A stretch of 64,000 bases of DNA from an uncultured bacterium (GCA_938024995.1 CALJDU010000006.1:83052-147051), one strand, 5' to 3'; positions 19,113 to 29,148 are shown, counted from the stretch's first letter. Notes: a model not told the origin generated them from the sequence alone. Translations and numbers: made by a program.

Positions 19113-20827
19113 GCCAAGAAGTGACCCGATCGCGCGGCGTGATCACTGGCTGGCGCGATCATCTCATCGGGCTCGTGCTCGCGACCGCATACGTCGCGCT
19201 CTTGCTCGGGACGTCGACCGCGATCGGCATGTCGCGCGACGAGGGTTTCTACGTCACGGCCACGCACGCTTATGCGCGGTGGTTCGAGAAGCTCGCGGAG
19301 GACCCGACCGAGGCGCTCACCGATGACGCGATCGACCACGGCTGGACCTACAATCATGAGCACCCAGCGCTCATCAAGACGCTCTTCGCGTGGTCGTATC
19401 TCGCGAACAAGCACTTCGACATCTTCGACAAAGAGTCGATGGCGTATCGCTTCCCGGGAATGCTCAGCGCGGGCTTACTGCTCTGGCTGATCTACATCTT
19501 CGGCGCGCGCGTCTTCGGACGAGAAGCAGGGCTCTTCGCTGCGCTGGCGTACGGCTTGATGCCGAGGCCCTTTTATCACGCGCACCTCGACTGCTTTGAC
19601 GTGCCCATCGTCCTGATGCTGACGTGGGTCACGTATTGCTATTGGCGCTCGCTGACCCGGAGACGCTGGGCGGTGATGCTCGGGATCGCGTTTGGCGCGG
19701 CCCTCGCGACCAAGCACAACAGCTGGGTGATGCCGGGGATCTTCTTGATTCACTTCATCTGGATGCGACGAGGGCAGCGACGCTTCCCACAGGCGGCGCG
19801 GCTCGACGGAGCGCCTTGGTGGCTCCTCGCGATGGTCATCATCGGGCCGGTGCTCTTCCTGCTCTCGTGGCCGTGGCTCTACCACGACACGATGCTCCGG
19901 ATCGGCGCCTACGTCCGCTTCCACGTCGGCCACGTCTACTACAACATGGCGTACTTCGGTCATAACTACTTCCAGCCGCCGTTCCCGGTCGCCTTCCCCT
20001 TCGTGCTGACCCTCTTCACGGTGCCGCTCACGACGCTCGTGCTCTGCGTGCTCGCGCTTGTGTTCCGCGCCCGGACGTACGCGCCTCGTTTCCTTTCGCG
20101 CTTCGTCAGCGGGGCGACCCCCGACCGCGAACACACCGACGTGCTCTTGGTCGGCGTGTTGCTCGCTCCGCTCGTCATCATCGCGCTCCCGAGCTCACCG
20201 ATCTTCGGCGGGACCAAGCACTGGATCACCGGCTACCCGTTCCTCGCGATGTACGCCGGCTACGCGGTGACCCGCGTCGTCGATCGTCTCAAGACGTTCG
20301 AGTTCGGTCGCTTCATCCCGCGCTTCGCGGTCTCCGCGGTCTTGCTCCTTCCTTCGCTGGTCGAGAGCGAGCACAGCCACCCGTACGGGCTCTCGCACTA
20401 CACTTTCGCGGCCGGTGGTGTTCCCGGCGCCGCGGACTACGGGATGAACCGACAGTTCTGGGGCTTCACGACCGGGAGCGTGGTCGGCTTTCTCAACGAG
20501 CGCTTGAAGGACGGCGGGAGCGTCTACATTTGCGACACGGTCGGCGAGGCCTGGAACATGTTGCAGAAGGATGGACGGCTCGCGCAGAACATCCGCGTCA
20601 GCTGGGACATCACGCGCGCCGACCTTGTCCTCGTTCATCACGAGCACCACTTCGCCGAGGTCGACATTCAGACGTGGGTCGCCCACGGCGTGACGCAGCC
20701 GGTTCATGTTCTCGAGTACGACGGCGTCCCGCTCGTCACGATTTATGAGAACCCGCGTTCCAAGACCCAACGTGAGCAGCGGCGGCAGCGGCTTCAGCGC
20801 GCGGCCGAAGCGACGACGACCAAGTAG
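19109..20827 (+). CDS. GT-C fold membrane glycosyltransferase, PMT/ArnT-like (GT39/GT83-type dolichyl-phosphate-mannose-protein mannosyltransferase family)
   Basis: 10+ TM helices; first periplasmic loop GMSRDEGFY carries a DE motif; overall layout of the PMT_2 family. Putative GTG start at 19109. Confidence 0.55.
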   Translation: MSQEVTRSRGVITGWRDHLIGLVLATAYVALLLGTSTAIGMSRDEGFYVTATHAYARWFEKLAEDPTEALTDDAIDHGWTYNHEHPALIKTLFAWSYLANKHFDIFDKESMAYRFPGMLSAGLLLWLIYIFGARVFGREAGLFAALAYGLMPRPFYHAHLDCFDVPIVLMLTWVTYCYWRSLTRRRWAVMLGIAFGAALATKHNSWVMPGIFLIHFIWMRRGQRRFPQAARLDGAPWWLLAMVIIGPVLFLLSWPWLYHDTMLRIGAYVRFHVGHVYYNMAYFGHNYFQPPFPVAFPFVLTLFTVPLTTLVLCVLALVFRARTYAPRFLSRFVSGATPDREHTDVLLVGVLLAPLVIIALPSSPIFGGTKHWITGYPFLAMYAGYAVTRVVDRLKTFEFGRFIPRFAVSAVLLLPSLVESEHSHPYGLSHYTFAAGGVPGAADYGMNRQFWGFTTGSVVGFLNERLKDGGSVYICDTVGEAWNMLQKDGRLAQNIRVSWDITRADLVLVHHEHHFAEVDIQTWVAHGVTQPVHVLEYDGVPLVTIYENPRSKTQREQRRQRLQRAAEATTTK

Positions 20828-20845
20828 TAACGAAGTAGCGCGGAC

Positions 20846-21268
20846 ATGAAGACCTCAATGAAGACCCGCGTGAGCGCGTACGGGCTCGTGATCCGCGATG
20901 AGCAGATCTTACTGACGCAGCTCGCGGACTTTTGTTACCGGCCGGGTCATTGGACCTTGCCAGGTGGCGGCATGAAGCACGGCGAGCTGCCCGAGGAGAC
21001 GCTCGCCCGCGAGTTCAAAGAAGAGACCGGGCTCGACGCGCGGAACCTCTCGCTCTTTCATGTGCACGCTTTTTCGGAGAGCGAGCGTGGCCTCTTCATG
21101 GGCGTACAGATCGTTTATCGCGCGGAGGCGGAAGGCGAGCCTCAGGTGCTCGAGGTCGGCGGGAGCACCGCCGCGGTTCGCTGGGTCCCGCTCGCCGCGC
21201 TCTCGACGCTTCCGCGCGTTCCCGGGCTCGACATCGTGCTGGGCAAGTTGGGTCAGCTCCCTTCTTGA
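20846..21268 (+). CDS. NUDIX hydrolase
   Basis: Nudix box GGGMKHGELPEETLAREFKEETG. Confidence 0.8.
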   Translation: MKTSMKTRVSAYGLVIRDEQILLTQLADFCYRPGHWTLPGGGMKHGELPEETLAREFKEETGLDARNLSLFHVHAFSESERGLFMGVQIVYRAEAEGEPQVLEVGGSTAAVRWVPLAALSTLPRVPGLDIVLGKLGQLPS

Positions 21269-21295
21269 ACGTCGCTGTTAGATCATTTCCGCACA

Positions 21296-21480
21296 GGCGC
21301 TCAGGCGCGGGTTCCGGAGCGGAGCGGAGAACTCGCGGCGATGGCGCCGCAGGTGCGTAAACAAAGAATATTGGTTCCGAGCAGGCGCGTAGGCGCGAGG
21401 TCCGGAGCGAAGCGAAGACCGAGCGGCGTCAGCGCCGGCGGCGCGGAACAGAGAAATATCTCCTTTGACGAATTCGAGTT
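21296..21480. repeat. Composite intergenic repeat: element X (21304-21365) + MITE-like element Y (~21377-21470)
   Basis: The X part matches 1966-2025. The Y part is ~95% identical to the reverse complement of 46990-47100 and is flanked by aatatt…aaatat imperfect inverted ends. Confidence 0.55.
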
Positions 21481-21531
21481 GGGGCCCGAAGTTATCCCTC
21501 CGCGCTCGCGAAAGTTGAAAGGACAGCTGAC

Positions 21532-22089
21532 ATGCTTGTAGAGACCCCCGACGCCAAGATGGGCAGCCACGCGCCCTCGTTTTCCCTTCCGGACCTCGAC
21601 GGAGAGACCGTCACGCTCAAGAGCGCGCTCGGGACGCACGGGCTCGTTGTCGCGTTCATCTGCAATCACTGTCCCTACGTGAAAGCGATCGCCGACGAGC
21701 TGGCCGCGGACGCCGCGGCGCTCAAAGCGCTCGGCGTGAACACGGTCGCGATCATGTCGAACGACTACGAGACCTATCGCGCGGACAGCCCAGAGAACAT
21801 GAAGCGCTTCGCCGCTGCGCACAGCTTCGGCTTTCCCTACTTGCTCGATCAGACCCAAGCCGTGGCGCGCGCGTATGGCGCGGTCTGCACGCCTGACTTC
21901 TTTGGCTACGATCGCGAAGGGAAGCTCCGCTATCGCGGCCGGCTCGACAACGGAACGGTCAAGCGCCCCGCGGATCGAGAGCCAGAGCTCCTCAACGCGA
22001 TGCGACAGGTCGCCGAAACGGGGACCGGACCAAGCGAACAGCGCTACAGCATCGGCTGCTCGATCAAGTGGCGCGGCGACGCCTACTGA
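21532..22089 (+). CDS. Thioredoxin-fold protein (AhpC/TSA/redoxin-like thiol-disulfide oxidoreductase)
   Basis: CNHCPY (CxxC) in a thioredoxin-like fold; LVVAFICNHCPYVKA. Confidence 0.6.
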   Translation: MLVETPDAKMGSHAPSFSLPDLDGETVTLKSALGTHGLVVAFICNHCPYVKAIADELAADAAALKALGVNTVAIMSNDYETYRADSPENMKRFAAAHSFGFPYLLDQTQAVARAYGAVCTPDFFGYDREGKLRYRGRLDNGTVKRPADREPELLNAMRQVAETGTGPSEQRYSIGCSIKWRGDAY

Positions 22090-22099
22090 GAACAGCTCG

Positions 22100-22660
22100 T
22101 CAGCGATCGGGCGGAACGAAGCGCGCACCGATGCGGTAGGGCATCTCAAAGGAGGGCCCGCGGCAGGTCCCGCCGAGACAGGTCCCGGTCGTGCAGTTCG
22201 CGGGCGCCCGAGAGTCAAAGCGGACCGTGATCTCTTCGCGCGCGGAGAGCCGAGGGCCGACGAACACGTTGGGCACGCTCGCCTCGATGACTCCATCTTG
22301 CGCGACCGGGTCGCCGTTGCTCTCGCCGTCGTCTAAGAGCGTCGTGAGGTTGACGATCGACACGATCGGCTCACCCATCTCATCGATCATCCCGGTCTCC
22401 GAGATCGCGCGAACGATGATCTCGTGGGGGAAGGGCGCGGCGTCGCACTTGTCGAAGGTGACGCGGAAGTCGACCGCGGCCATGGGGTTGTCCAGCTCAA
22501 CGGCTTCTGGCGAGATGGTCGCGCCGGTGATCACCGAGTACTCGTAAGGCAGGCAGTTTGGGATGAGCTCTCCCGCGCAGCTCTCCTCAAGATCGCTCCC
22601 TGTGCACGCGGTGGTCAACATCGCGAGCGCGATCGCGGCGAGCAAAGTGGGCTTGGTCAT
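22100..22660 (-). CDS. Hypothetical lipoprotein
   Basis: Signal MTKPTLLAAIALAMLTTAC|TG; 6 Cys; no known motif. Confidence 0.5.
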   Translation of the reverse strand: MTKPTLLAAIALAMLTTACTGSDLEESCAGELIPNCLPYEYSVITGATISPEAVELDNPMAAVDFRVTFDKCDAAPFPHEIIVRAISETGMIDEMGEPIVSIVNLTTLLDDGESNGDPVAQDGVIEASVPNVFVGPRLSAREEITVRFDSRAPANCTTGTCLGGTCRGPSFEMPYRIGARFVPPDR

Positions 22661-22672
22661 CGAGTAGTCCGA

Positions 22673-23452
22673 CTAGGCAGTTTTGTCTTGGCGCGAACGA
22701 ACGCGACGTCGAACGGAGCGCCCCATGCTGAGGATCGCCTCGGCGATCCCGATCGCGACGTAGCTCGTGAGGAGCCAGACCAGCGCCACAGAGGCGTGGA
22801 AGCGGTATGCGATGAAGATGCTCGAGCCGATCGCGAGCGCGACGAAGCTGACCGAGCGCCAAGACATCTTGAGGTCCTTGAACGAGCGGAAGCGGATGGT
22901 GCTCACCATGAAGAAGGAGAGCGCGACCAAGACCGCCATCATGACCACCGGCGAGCCCTCGAGCTTTCCGGTCAAGGTGTTGGCGACCACGATCGAGATG
23001 AGGATGCCGGCGGCGGCCGGGATCGGGAGCCCCAGGATGTACTTGCCCGGCGTCTTGGGAGCGCCCGAGTCGGAGGTCGCGAGCACGTTGAAACGCGCGA
23101 GTCGAATCGTGCCGCAAGCGATGTAGGCGAACGAAGCGAGGAGGCCGACCGTGCCGAGCTCGTGCAGCGACCAGCGGAACACCAGCACTGCGGGCGCGAC
23201 CCCGAAACTGATGACATCGGCGAGCGAGTCGAGCTGAACGCCGATCGCGCTCTGGGTCTTGGTCAAGCGGGCGACGCGGCCGTCCACAGCATCGAAGAAC
23301 ATCGCGAAGATGATCAGCAGAGACGCCCGATAGAAATCGTCATCTGTCGCCTGCGTGGTGCACGTCAGGATCGCGTAGAACCCACAAAGCACGCTCGAGA
23401 GCGTGAAGAGGTTCGGTAGGATGAAGAGACTCTTCTTGAGGTCGACCTTCAT
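22673..23452 (-). CDS. pssA: CDP-diacylglycerol--serine O-phosphatidyltransferase (CDP-alcohol phosphatidyltransferase family)
   Basis: DAVDGRVAR…G…DSLADVISFG is the CDP-OH transferase motif. Start at internal ATG 23452; the rest of ORF 22673..24559 is antisense to the next gene. Confidence 0.75.
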   Translation of the reverse strand: MKVDLKKSLFILPNLFTLSSVLCGFYAILTCTTQATDDDFYRASLLIIFAMFFDAVDGRVARLTKTQSAIGVQLDSLADVISFGVAPAVLVFRWSLHELGTVGLLASFAYIACGTIRLARFNVLATSDSGAPKTPGKYILGLPIPAAAGILISIVVANTLTGKLEGSPVVMMAVLVALSFFMVSTIRFRSFKDLKMSWRSVSFVALAIGSSIFIAYRFHASVALVWLLTSYVAIGIAEAILSMGRSVRRRVRSRQDKTA

Positions 23453-23566
23453 CCGGGCACACCGCCGCGTACGCTGGCCGTCATGGCCGCAATCTACGAG
23501 ATGTCGCGCACACTGTCGAGTGGGCCGATTGGACGAACGCGCGCATTTCGTTAGGGTCAGCGCGCA

Positions 23567-25873
23567 ATGGATTCTGTCGACGAGCTGCCGACACTGCTCC
23601 TTATTGGACGCGGTGACCCCATCACATCGGCGCTTGAGCCCGCGCTGGTGCGTCACAACGTCGTCGTAGAGAAGTGCGAGGTGAAGGACGCGGCGACCGT
23701 CGCGCTGACCGCCGCGCCCGATTTGATCGTCTTGCTCGGCGACGCGGTCACGAATCACGCCTCGGTCGTGTCGAAGCTCGGCGCCAGTTCGATGACATCG
23801 GGTCTCCCGACCGCGCTCGTCGCGGGAGAGGTCTCGCTTGAGGTCCAGCTGCAAGCGCTCCGCGCGGGTCTCGCGATCGTCCCGCGCCTCGCGAGCGTAG
23901 ACGCGTTGGCGAGTCGCCTCTCCGAGCTCGCTCGCGATGCGTCCTGGCATGGCGAGGGCGTCGGCGGGGAGGTCTCGCTTCGAGAGGTCGTCGACCTTGT
24001 TCAAGACGCGCTCAACGTGAAGAGCGACAGCGCGCGGGTCTCGCTTCGTCCTGATGTCGACGACACGATCCGCGACTTCGTGACCCGGCTCAAACCGTTG
24101 GTGGACACCTCGCCGAACCAAGAGCTCACCGTGACGTCGGAGCTCGCCACGGTCTCCCCGCACGTCGCGACCCTTGATGGTCTCCGCGTCATGCTGGTGA
24201 CGAGCGACGCCGCGCTCGCCGACGAGGGCGCGGCTGAGCTCCGGGCGCGCGGCGCGACGGTCGTTGTCGTGAGTCACGAGGGACGCGGTTTGTCGCGCGC
24301 GCGCGCGTTGAACCCCTCGCTCATCGTGCTCGACGAGCACGACCTCTCCGAGTCGGACGAGCTGCTGAAGAAGGTGCGCCGCGACCTCACGTTGCGCTGG
24401 GCTTCGATCGTCGTGATCGACCTCAAGGTGATGCTCCCAGACGGTCAGGTGCCGCGGGTCGAGCTCCTGACCGGCCGGCTCGCGCCGATGTTCAAGTACG
24501 AGGAGAAGCTCGACCGGCTCGCGAAAGAGGAGACGCGTTTCGAGGTGCAGCTGGAGCACACCGGTCCGGCGCGGCTCCTACGCTCCCTCGCGTCGTCGCG
24601 GAAGACGTTTCACGTCGAGGTGAAGGCGGACCCCGCGACGGTCGAAGTGGACCTGGCGCAGGGCGTGATCGTCGCGGCCCGCGCGGAGCTACAGAACGAC
24701 ACCAAGCCGCTCGACGGTCCCAACGCGGTCGCCGCGTTGATGATGCTCGCGAAGGGCACGGTCACCGTCACGGAGCGCGCGCGGCCCAAGGCCGCGAACC
24801 TCTTGATGGCGGTGGACGACGCGGTCGTCGCGGTTGATTCCGCGAGCAAGGATCGCCCGATCGATCTTCCTTCGGATCCGCCGCGGGGTCTGGTCTCGCT
24901 TCCCTCGGTCCCGACGACCGACTACGCGCGCCTCGCGGCCGAGGTGCAAAAGCGGCGCGAGAGCACGCCCTCGCCCGCGCCTGCTCCCGCGAGCTCGCCC
25001 ACCCAAGATGCGCTCGAATCGGAGCTCCCGTTGGTTCCGCCGCAGGAACCCACGCTCGAGGCGGAAGAAGATCCCTCATCGGTTCAGTCGCTCTTGATCG
25101 CGGTCGCCGCGACGCTCCTCCTGAGCGCTGGCATCGGCGCGTTCGCGCTCTCGGGGCGCGCCGAAGAACCCGTCCCCGTGACCCCGGTTGTCGCGACGAC
25201 GGGAGAGCCGATCGTGAACGAAGAGGTTCAAGACGATGGGCCGTCCGAACCGATCGCGCGAAACGATGAGCCGACCGAGCGTGACTCGACGACGGCGATG
25301 GCCGGCGCGGCCGCGGGGACTGCGCCCGTCGCGATGGAGGCGACGGAACCGGCCGCGGGGACCGCGCCTGTCGCGATGGGGACGACGGAACCGGTCGCGA
25401 CCAACGCGGATGTGGGCATGGGCACCGGCGCGGCCGACACTAGAGCTGAAGACACTGCAGCCGCAGAGGCCGGCGCAGAGGCTGGCGCCGATACTGGCGC
25501 GTCAGACATGGGAACGGCGGCCCCAAGTCGCGCCGAGGAGCTCGCTCAGCTCTTGGACGAGGCGAGCCAGCTGCGTGGCCGACGGATGTTCGCCGCCGCC
25601 TCCAGTCGACTGGATCGCGCGCGTCGACTCTCACCTCGCAGCGGCAAGGTGCTGACCGCGTCGGCGCGCCTCGACATCGCCCGCGGGCGCGGGAGCGACG
25701 CGGTTCGCTGGACCCGAGAGCTCACGCAGCGCTACCCGCGCGCGGCGAACTACGTGCTCCACGGCGACGCGCTCAAGGCTGCAGGTCAAACCGAGGGCGC
25801 CCGACGCGCGTGGGAGCACGCGCTTCGCCTCAACGGCAACCACCGCGGCGCGCAGCGACGACTCGGCCGATAG
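23567..25873 (+). CDS. Multidomain regulatory protein: receiver-like domains, DUF4388/PATAN-like domain, TM segment, low-complexity A/T/G/E-rich linker, C-terminal TPR
   Basis: Two CheY-like segments (…LIVLDEHD…), a DUF4388-like block (TVEVDLAQGVIVAARAELQNDTKPLDGPNAVAALMML), a TM helix (LLIAVAATLLLSAGIGAFAL) and C-terminal TPR-like helices. Confidence 0.45.
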   Translation: MDSVDELPTLLLIGRGDPITSALEPALVRHNVVVEKCEVKDAATVALTAAPDLIVLLGDAVTNHASVVSKLGASSMTSGLPTALVAGEVSLEVQLQALRAGLAIVPRLASVDALASRLSELARDASWHGEGVGGEVSLREVVDLVQDALNVKSDSARVSLRPDVDDTIRDFVTRLKPLVDTSPNQELTVTSELATVSPHVATLDGLRVMLVTSDAALADEGAAELRARGATVVVVSHEGRGLSRARALNPSLIVLDEHDLSESDELLKKVRRDLTLRWASIVVIDLKVMLPDGQVPRVELLTGRLAPMFKYEEKLDRLAKEETRFEVQLEHTGPARLLRSLASSRKTFHVEVKADPATVEVDLAQGVIVAARAELQNDTKPLDGPNAVAALMMLAKGTVTVTERARPKAANLLMAVDDAVVAVDSASKDRPIDLPSDPPRGLVSLPSVPTTDYARLAAEVQKRRESTPSPAPAPASSPTQDALESELPLVPPQEPTLEAEEDPSSVQSLLIAVAATLLLSAGIGAFALSGRAEEPVPVTPVVATTGEPIVNEEVQDDGPSEPIARNDEPTERDSTTAMAGAAAGTAPVAMEATEPAAGTAPVAMGTTEPVATNADVGMGTGAADTRAEDTAAAEAGAEAGADTGASDMGTAAPSRAEELAQLLDEASQLRGRRMFAAASSRLDRARRLSPRSGKVLTASARLDIARGRGSDAVRWTRELTQRYPRAANYVLHGDALKAAGQTEGARRAWEHALRLNGNHRGAQRRLGR

Positions 25874-25879
25874 AGAACG

Positions 25880-26548
25880 CTACTCTTCGAGGTTGACCCA
25901 GTGGGCGTTCCCTTCGGGGGACCACTCCTTCTTCCAGATCGGGACCGTCTCTTTGATGCGATCGATCGCTGCGCGACACGCCGCGAATGCTTCCGCGCGA
26001 TGCGCTGAACTGGCCGCGACGACCACCGCGAGATCGCCGACCGCGAGTTGACCTACGCGATGCACCGCCGCGATCCGCGCGTCCGGAAAGTCTCGCGTGA
26101 CCGTACCGATCACGCGTTCCAGCTCCTTCGTCGCCAGGGTCGGGTGCGCTTCGTAGTCGAGCCGCCCGACCGCTTCCCCGTCGGCGTGATCGCGGACCAC
26201 GCCTGTGAAGATCGCGATGCCGCCCGCGCTTGGATGGGCGACCGCGGCGAAGGCCTCGTCGAGCGAGAGCGGCGTGTCCCGGATCGCGAGGAGCATCACG
26301 CGTTCGCTCGCGCCGCCGGCGACTGGCGGCAGGACATCCACTTCGTCACCCGGACGGATCTCCGCCGCGCCGCTGGTCACCTCGCCGTTGATCGCGAGCT
26401 TCATCCGGTCAAGGTAGCTCGCGAGTCCGGGGTGACGCGTGGCGATCACTTTCCGCAGCTCCGGCTCCGCGATCGCAGCGCTGAGGGACAGCTCTTCTTT
26501 CGCTCGTCCTGCGAGTTCTCGGGCCGCTGCCCAGTAGCGAATGATCAT
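25880..26548 (-). CDS. moaDE: Molybdopterin synthase MoaD-MoaE fusion protein
   Basis: N-terminal MoaD-like ubiquitin fold (MIIRYWAAARELAG…AINGE) and C-terminal MoaE (GGIAIFTGVVRD…PIWKKE). The longer ORF to 26686 would overlap the next gene. Confidence 0.65.
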   Translation of the reverse strand: MIIRYWAAARELAGRAKEELSLSAAIAEPELRKVIATRHPGLASYLDRMKLAINGEVTSGAAEIRPGDEVDVLPPVAGGASERVMLLAIRDTPLSLDEAFAAVAHPSAGGIAIFTGVVRDHADGEAVGRLDYEAHPTLATKELERVIGTVTRDFPDARIAAVHRVGQLAVGDLAVVVAASSAHRAEAFAACRAAIDRIKETVPIWKKEWSPEGNAHWVNLEE

Positions 26549-26604
26549 CGGCGCGATTGTGTCAGAAACGACCTCGTGCGCTAGCGCTCTCGCGGACCAC
26601 GTCT

Positions 26605-27801
26605 CTAGTGCATGCATCGCTGATGGCAGGTCACCGGGAGCTCGTTTTGGAAAAGCGAGGGGCCGCTTGGGTCGGGAAGCGCGCACAGGTCCGCCTCAAA
26701 CGCGCCCGCGCGATCATCGCCCGCGATCGGTCGCGCCGCGCCTTCGACGCAGAGCGCTTCGGCCTGCCCTCCAAGTGAACGTCGCGTGAGCAAGAGCTCC
26801 TGAAGCTCGGGCGGTGCGCTTCGCCAGCTCAAGTAGGGATCGAAGACCTGGGCGCCGCGCGGAACGAGAACGTGGTTCCAGCACGCGCGATCCGCTCGCA
26901 AGTTGCTCAGCATCGCGCCCGCGTGGTGGAACTGGAGACCAAGGTAGGGAGTCGCGCCGTTAAGCAACCAGAGCGCCAGCCAGATCGCCGGCAACACGCG
27001 GTTCGTTTTCGGGAAGCGCGAGGTCGCGTTGAAGAGGGCGGGGAGCGCGACCGCGACGAACCCGAAGGCGAGCCACAAGAGGAACTCCTTAAACTGCCAC
27101 AGGGGGTACGGGACCCAGTGGTCTTGAAAGTAGAGCGTCGCGCTGAGCACGCCGAGTGAACCACCGATCGCGAGGGCGAGTCGCCATCGCTCCTTCGCGC
27201 GCTTCACGAGTCGCGTGAACAGGTCCGCGTCCACGAACGCGATCCAGCCCGGTGCCATCACGTAAGCGAACGACGGCGCGAAGATGATCGTGAGCGGGAT
27301 GTGCATCACCAGGGCCCACGCCAGGCCCACGATAGGACGAACACGAAGCGCGACCAGCAGGCCGAGCTCTGCGGCTAAGAAGAGCGGCGGCCACAGCTCC
27401 ATCGCCGGCTCGAACGCCAGCCAGGGCAAGCTCCAGTTCCGCGCGAGGATCTGCATCCCGCCGGTCGCGCAGCTGAGCTCCGGGTTGAGGAAGTCCGCGT
27501 TGAGCTTGTGAAACGCCGCGATGAGGTACGCGCCTGCGGTGAGCGCGCGGAGGCACGCGGGGAAGGTCTGCCCCAAACGCGCGCGGCGACGCTTCGAAGG
27601 GAGCGCGCAGGAGAGCCCCGCGAGCGCGACCGCCAACATGAACGCGGACTGGGTGAGCTGGTCGCCGAGCAACAAGAGCGGCCAGGCGAGACCCACCGCG
27701 CACGCGAGGAAGGAGAGCGCCGCGAACTGCAGCGGCGCGAAGGCGAGACCCGCGGCGCCGGCGAAGAGCACGAGGTTGGCCGGCACCCAGGAGATCTGCA
27801 T
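26605..27801 (-). CDS. Polytopic integral membrane protein, hypothetical (HTTM-like?)
   Basis: About 10 TM helices; internal ATG 27801 chosen (MQISWVPANLVLFAGAAG…); no diagnostic catalytic motif identified. Confidence 0.4.
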   Translation of the reverse strand: MQISWVPANLVLFAGAAGLAFAPLQFAALSFLACAVGLAWPLLLLGDQLTQSAFMLAVALAGLSCALPSKRRRARLGQTFPACLRALTAGAYLIAAFHKLNADFLNPELSCATGGMQILARNWSLPWLAFEPAMELWPPLFLAAELGLLVALRVRPIVGLAWALVMHIPLTIIFAPSFAYVMAPGWIAFVDADLFTRLVKRAKERWRLALAIGGSLGVLSATLYFQDHWVPYPLWQFKEFLLWLAFGFVAVALPALFNATSRFPKTNRVLPAIWLALWLLNGATPYLGLQFHHAGAMLSNLRADRACWNHVLVPRGAQVFDPYLSWRSAPPELQELLLTRRSLGGQAEALCVEGAARPIAGDDRAGAFEADLCALPDPSGPSLFQNELPVTCHQRCMH

Positions 27802-27912
27802 GGCGTCGGGAAGGGTGAGGTGTGCGACCGCTCCGATCGCGTACGCGCGCGTGCACAACCGGTAGTGCGCCGTCGAAGGGGCGCGCGGTTCCGGCGATGG
27901 GTCCACGTCTCG

Positions 27913-29139
27913 GTGTACCATCGACCGGTGCGGACGTTCTTCACGATTGCGGGGTGCGTCGGCGTCATCTTGACGTTGTCCTTTGTCGCGATCCGCGTGA
28001 CGAGCCATCAAGACGGCGAACGTGACGTGTTTGGCGAGCCGCAGACGGCCGCGCAGGTGGCGCTGATTCGACCGCGTCACGAGCTGGTCGCGGCGCGGCT
28101 CGCGGCCGGTGACTCGACCTCCTTTGAGCTCTGCATCGGGGCCCCCTTGGTTTCCCCGTTGACGGTCGAGGTTTGGCATCGAGGCGACGCGGCCCGGGTG
28201 ACGACCGAAGTGATCGAAGGGGATCGCCTCGCGTCACTCAACGGGTTGGTGAACGCGCAACCGGAGGGAGCATGCGAAGCGCTGGCGCCGCTCGAGCTTC
28301 GGATGCCAGGGGAGTACGCGCTCGCGGTCACATGGGCCGATGACCCCGAGACCCCTCCGCCCGAAGCGCTCGCGGATGTTCCGCTCCGTGGTCATGTGAT
28401 CGGGCTGCGAGCGATCTCGTCGCTCGAGAAAGGGTCAGTCGTGCTCGCTCTCGTCCTGACGCTACTCGCGCTCATGGCGCAGCTGTTGAAGACGACGGCG
28501 TCCGGCTTGCCGCAGGAGCTTCGCAAAGCGAAGCGATCACCTTGGGTGACGGTCGCGCTTGCGCTCGGTTCCTTGCTCGGCGTCATGATCGCGACCGCCT
28601 TCCTCCCGATGCGCGGTGCGGTCGCCGGGCTGACCAGTGGAGCGCTCCTCGCCGGGGCACAGATCGTGGCGGTTCTCTTCTTGAGCGAGAGCCGGGAACA
28701 GCTCGCGCTGAAGCGTTCGCGATGGATCTACGTCGCGCCCGTGATCGGTGTGACCGTCTTCGTTGCAGGTCGCCTGGTCGCGAGCCTCATCCCCGCGACT
28801 GGCGTGGCACCCATCACGACGCTGGTGTCCTGGCCGAGCGGCATGCTCGCGGTGGCCGCGATCGCGGTGGTGGTGCCCGTGGTGGAAGAGCTCTTCTTTC
28901 GCGGCTTGCTCTACGGCGCGCTCTCCGAAAAGAGTGAAGCGCTCGCGATCGGGGGCACCATCGTCGCGTTCAGCGCGGCGCACCTCCCGCAGCAGTGGGG
29001 CGCATGGGGGGCCTGCGCAGCGGTGATGTTGACCGGAGTGGTGCTGACGCTCCTGCGTCGGGTCACAGGCTCCACAGTGGTGTGCGCGGTCGCTCATCTC
29101 GCGCACAACGCGGTCATCACATGGTTCGCGCTTCGTTAA
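27913..29139 (+). CDS. CPBP family intramembrane glutamic endopeptidase (CAAX protease-like)
   Basis: EELFFRG motif 1 and a downstream H…N motif (AHLAHN) in a TM context; putative GTG start. Confidence 0.6.
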   Translation: MYHRPVRTFFTIAGCVGVILTLSFVAIRVTSHQDGERDVFGEPQTAAQVALIRPRHELVAARLAAGDSTSFELCIGAPLVSPLTVEVWHRGDAARVTTEVIEGDRLASLNGLVNAQPEGACEALAPLELRMPGEYALAVTWADDPETPPPEALADVPLRGHVIGLRAISSLEKGSVVLALVLTLLALMAQLLKTTASGLPQELRKAKRSPWVTVALALGSLLGVMIATAFLPMRGAVAGLTSGALLAGAQIVAVLFLSESREQLALKRSRWIYVAPVIGVTVFVAGRLVASLIPATGVAPITTLVSWPSGMLAVAAIAVVVPVVEELFFRGLLYGALSEKSEALAIGGTIVAFSAAHLPQQWGAWGACAAVMLTGVVLTLLRRVTGSTVVCAVAHLAHNAVITWFALR

Positions 29140-29148
29140 CTCTTGGAG

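Noticed and set aside
21301-22296. 331-aa ORF on minus strand
   Set aside because: It spans the intergenic repeat and lies antisense to the well-supported thioredoxin-like gene (CNHCPY, + strand). The translation is low-complexity.
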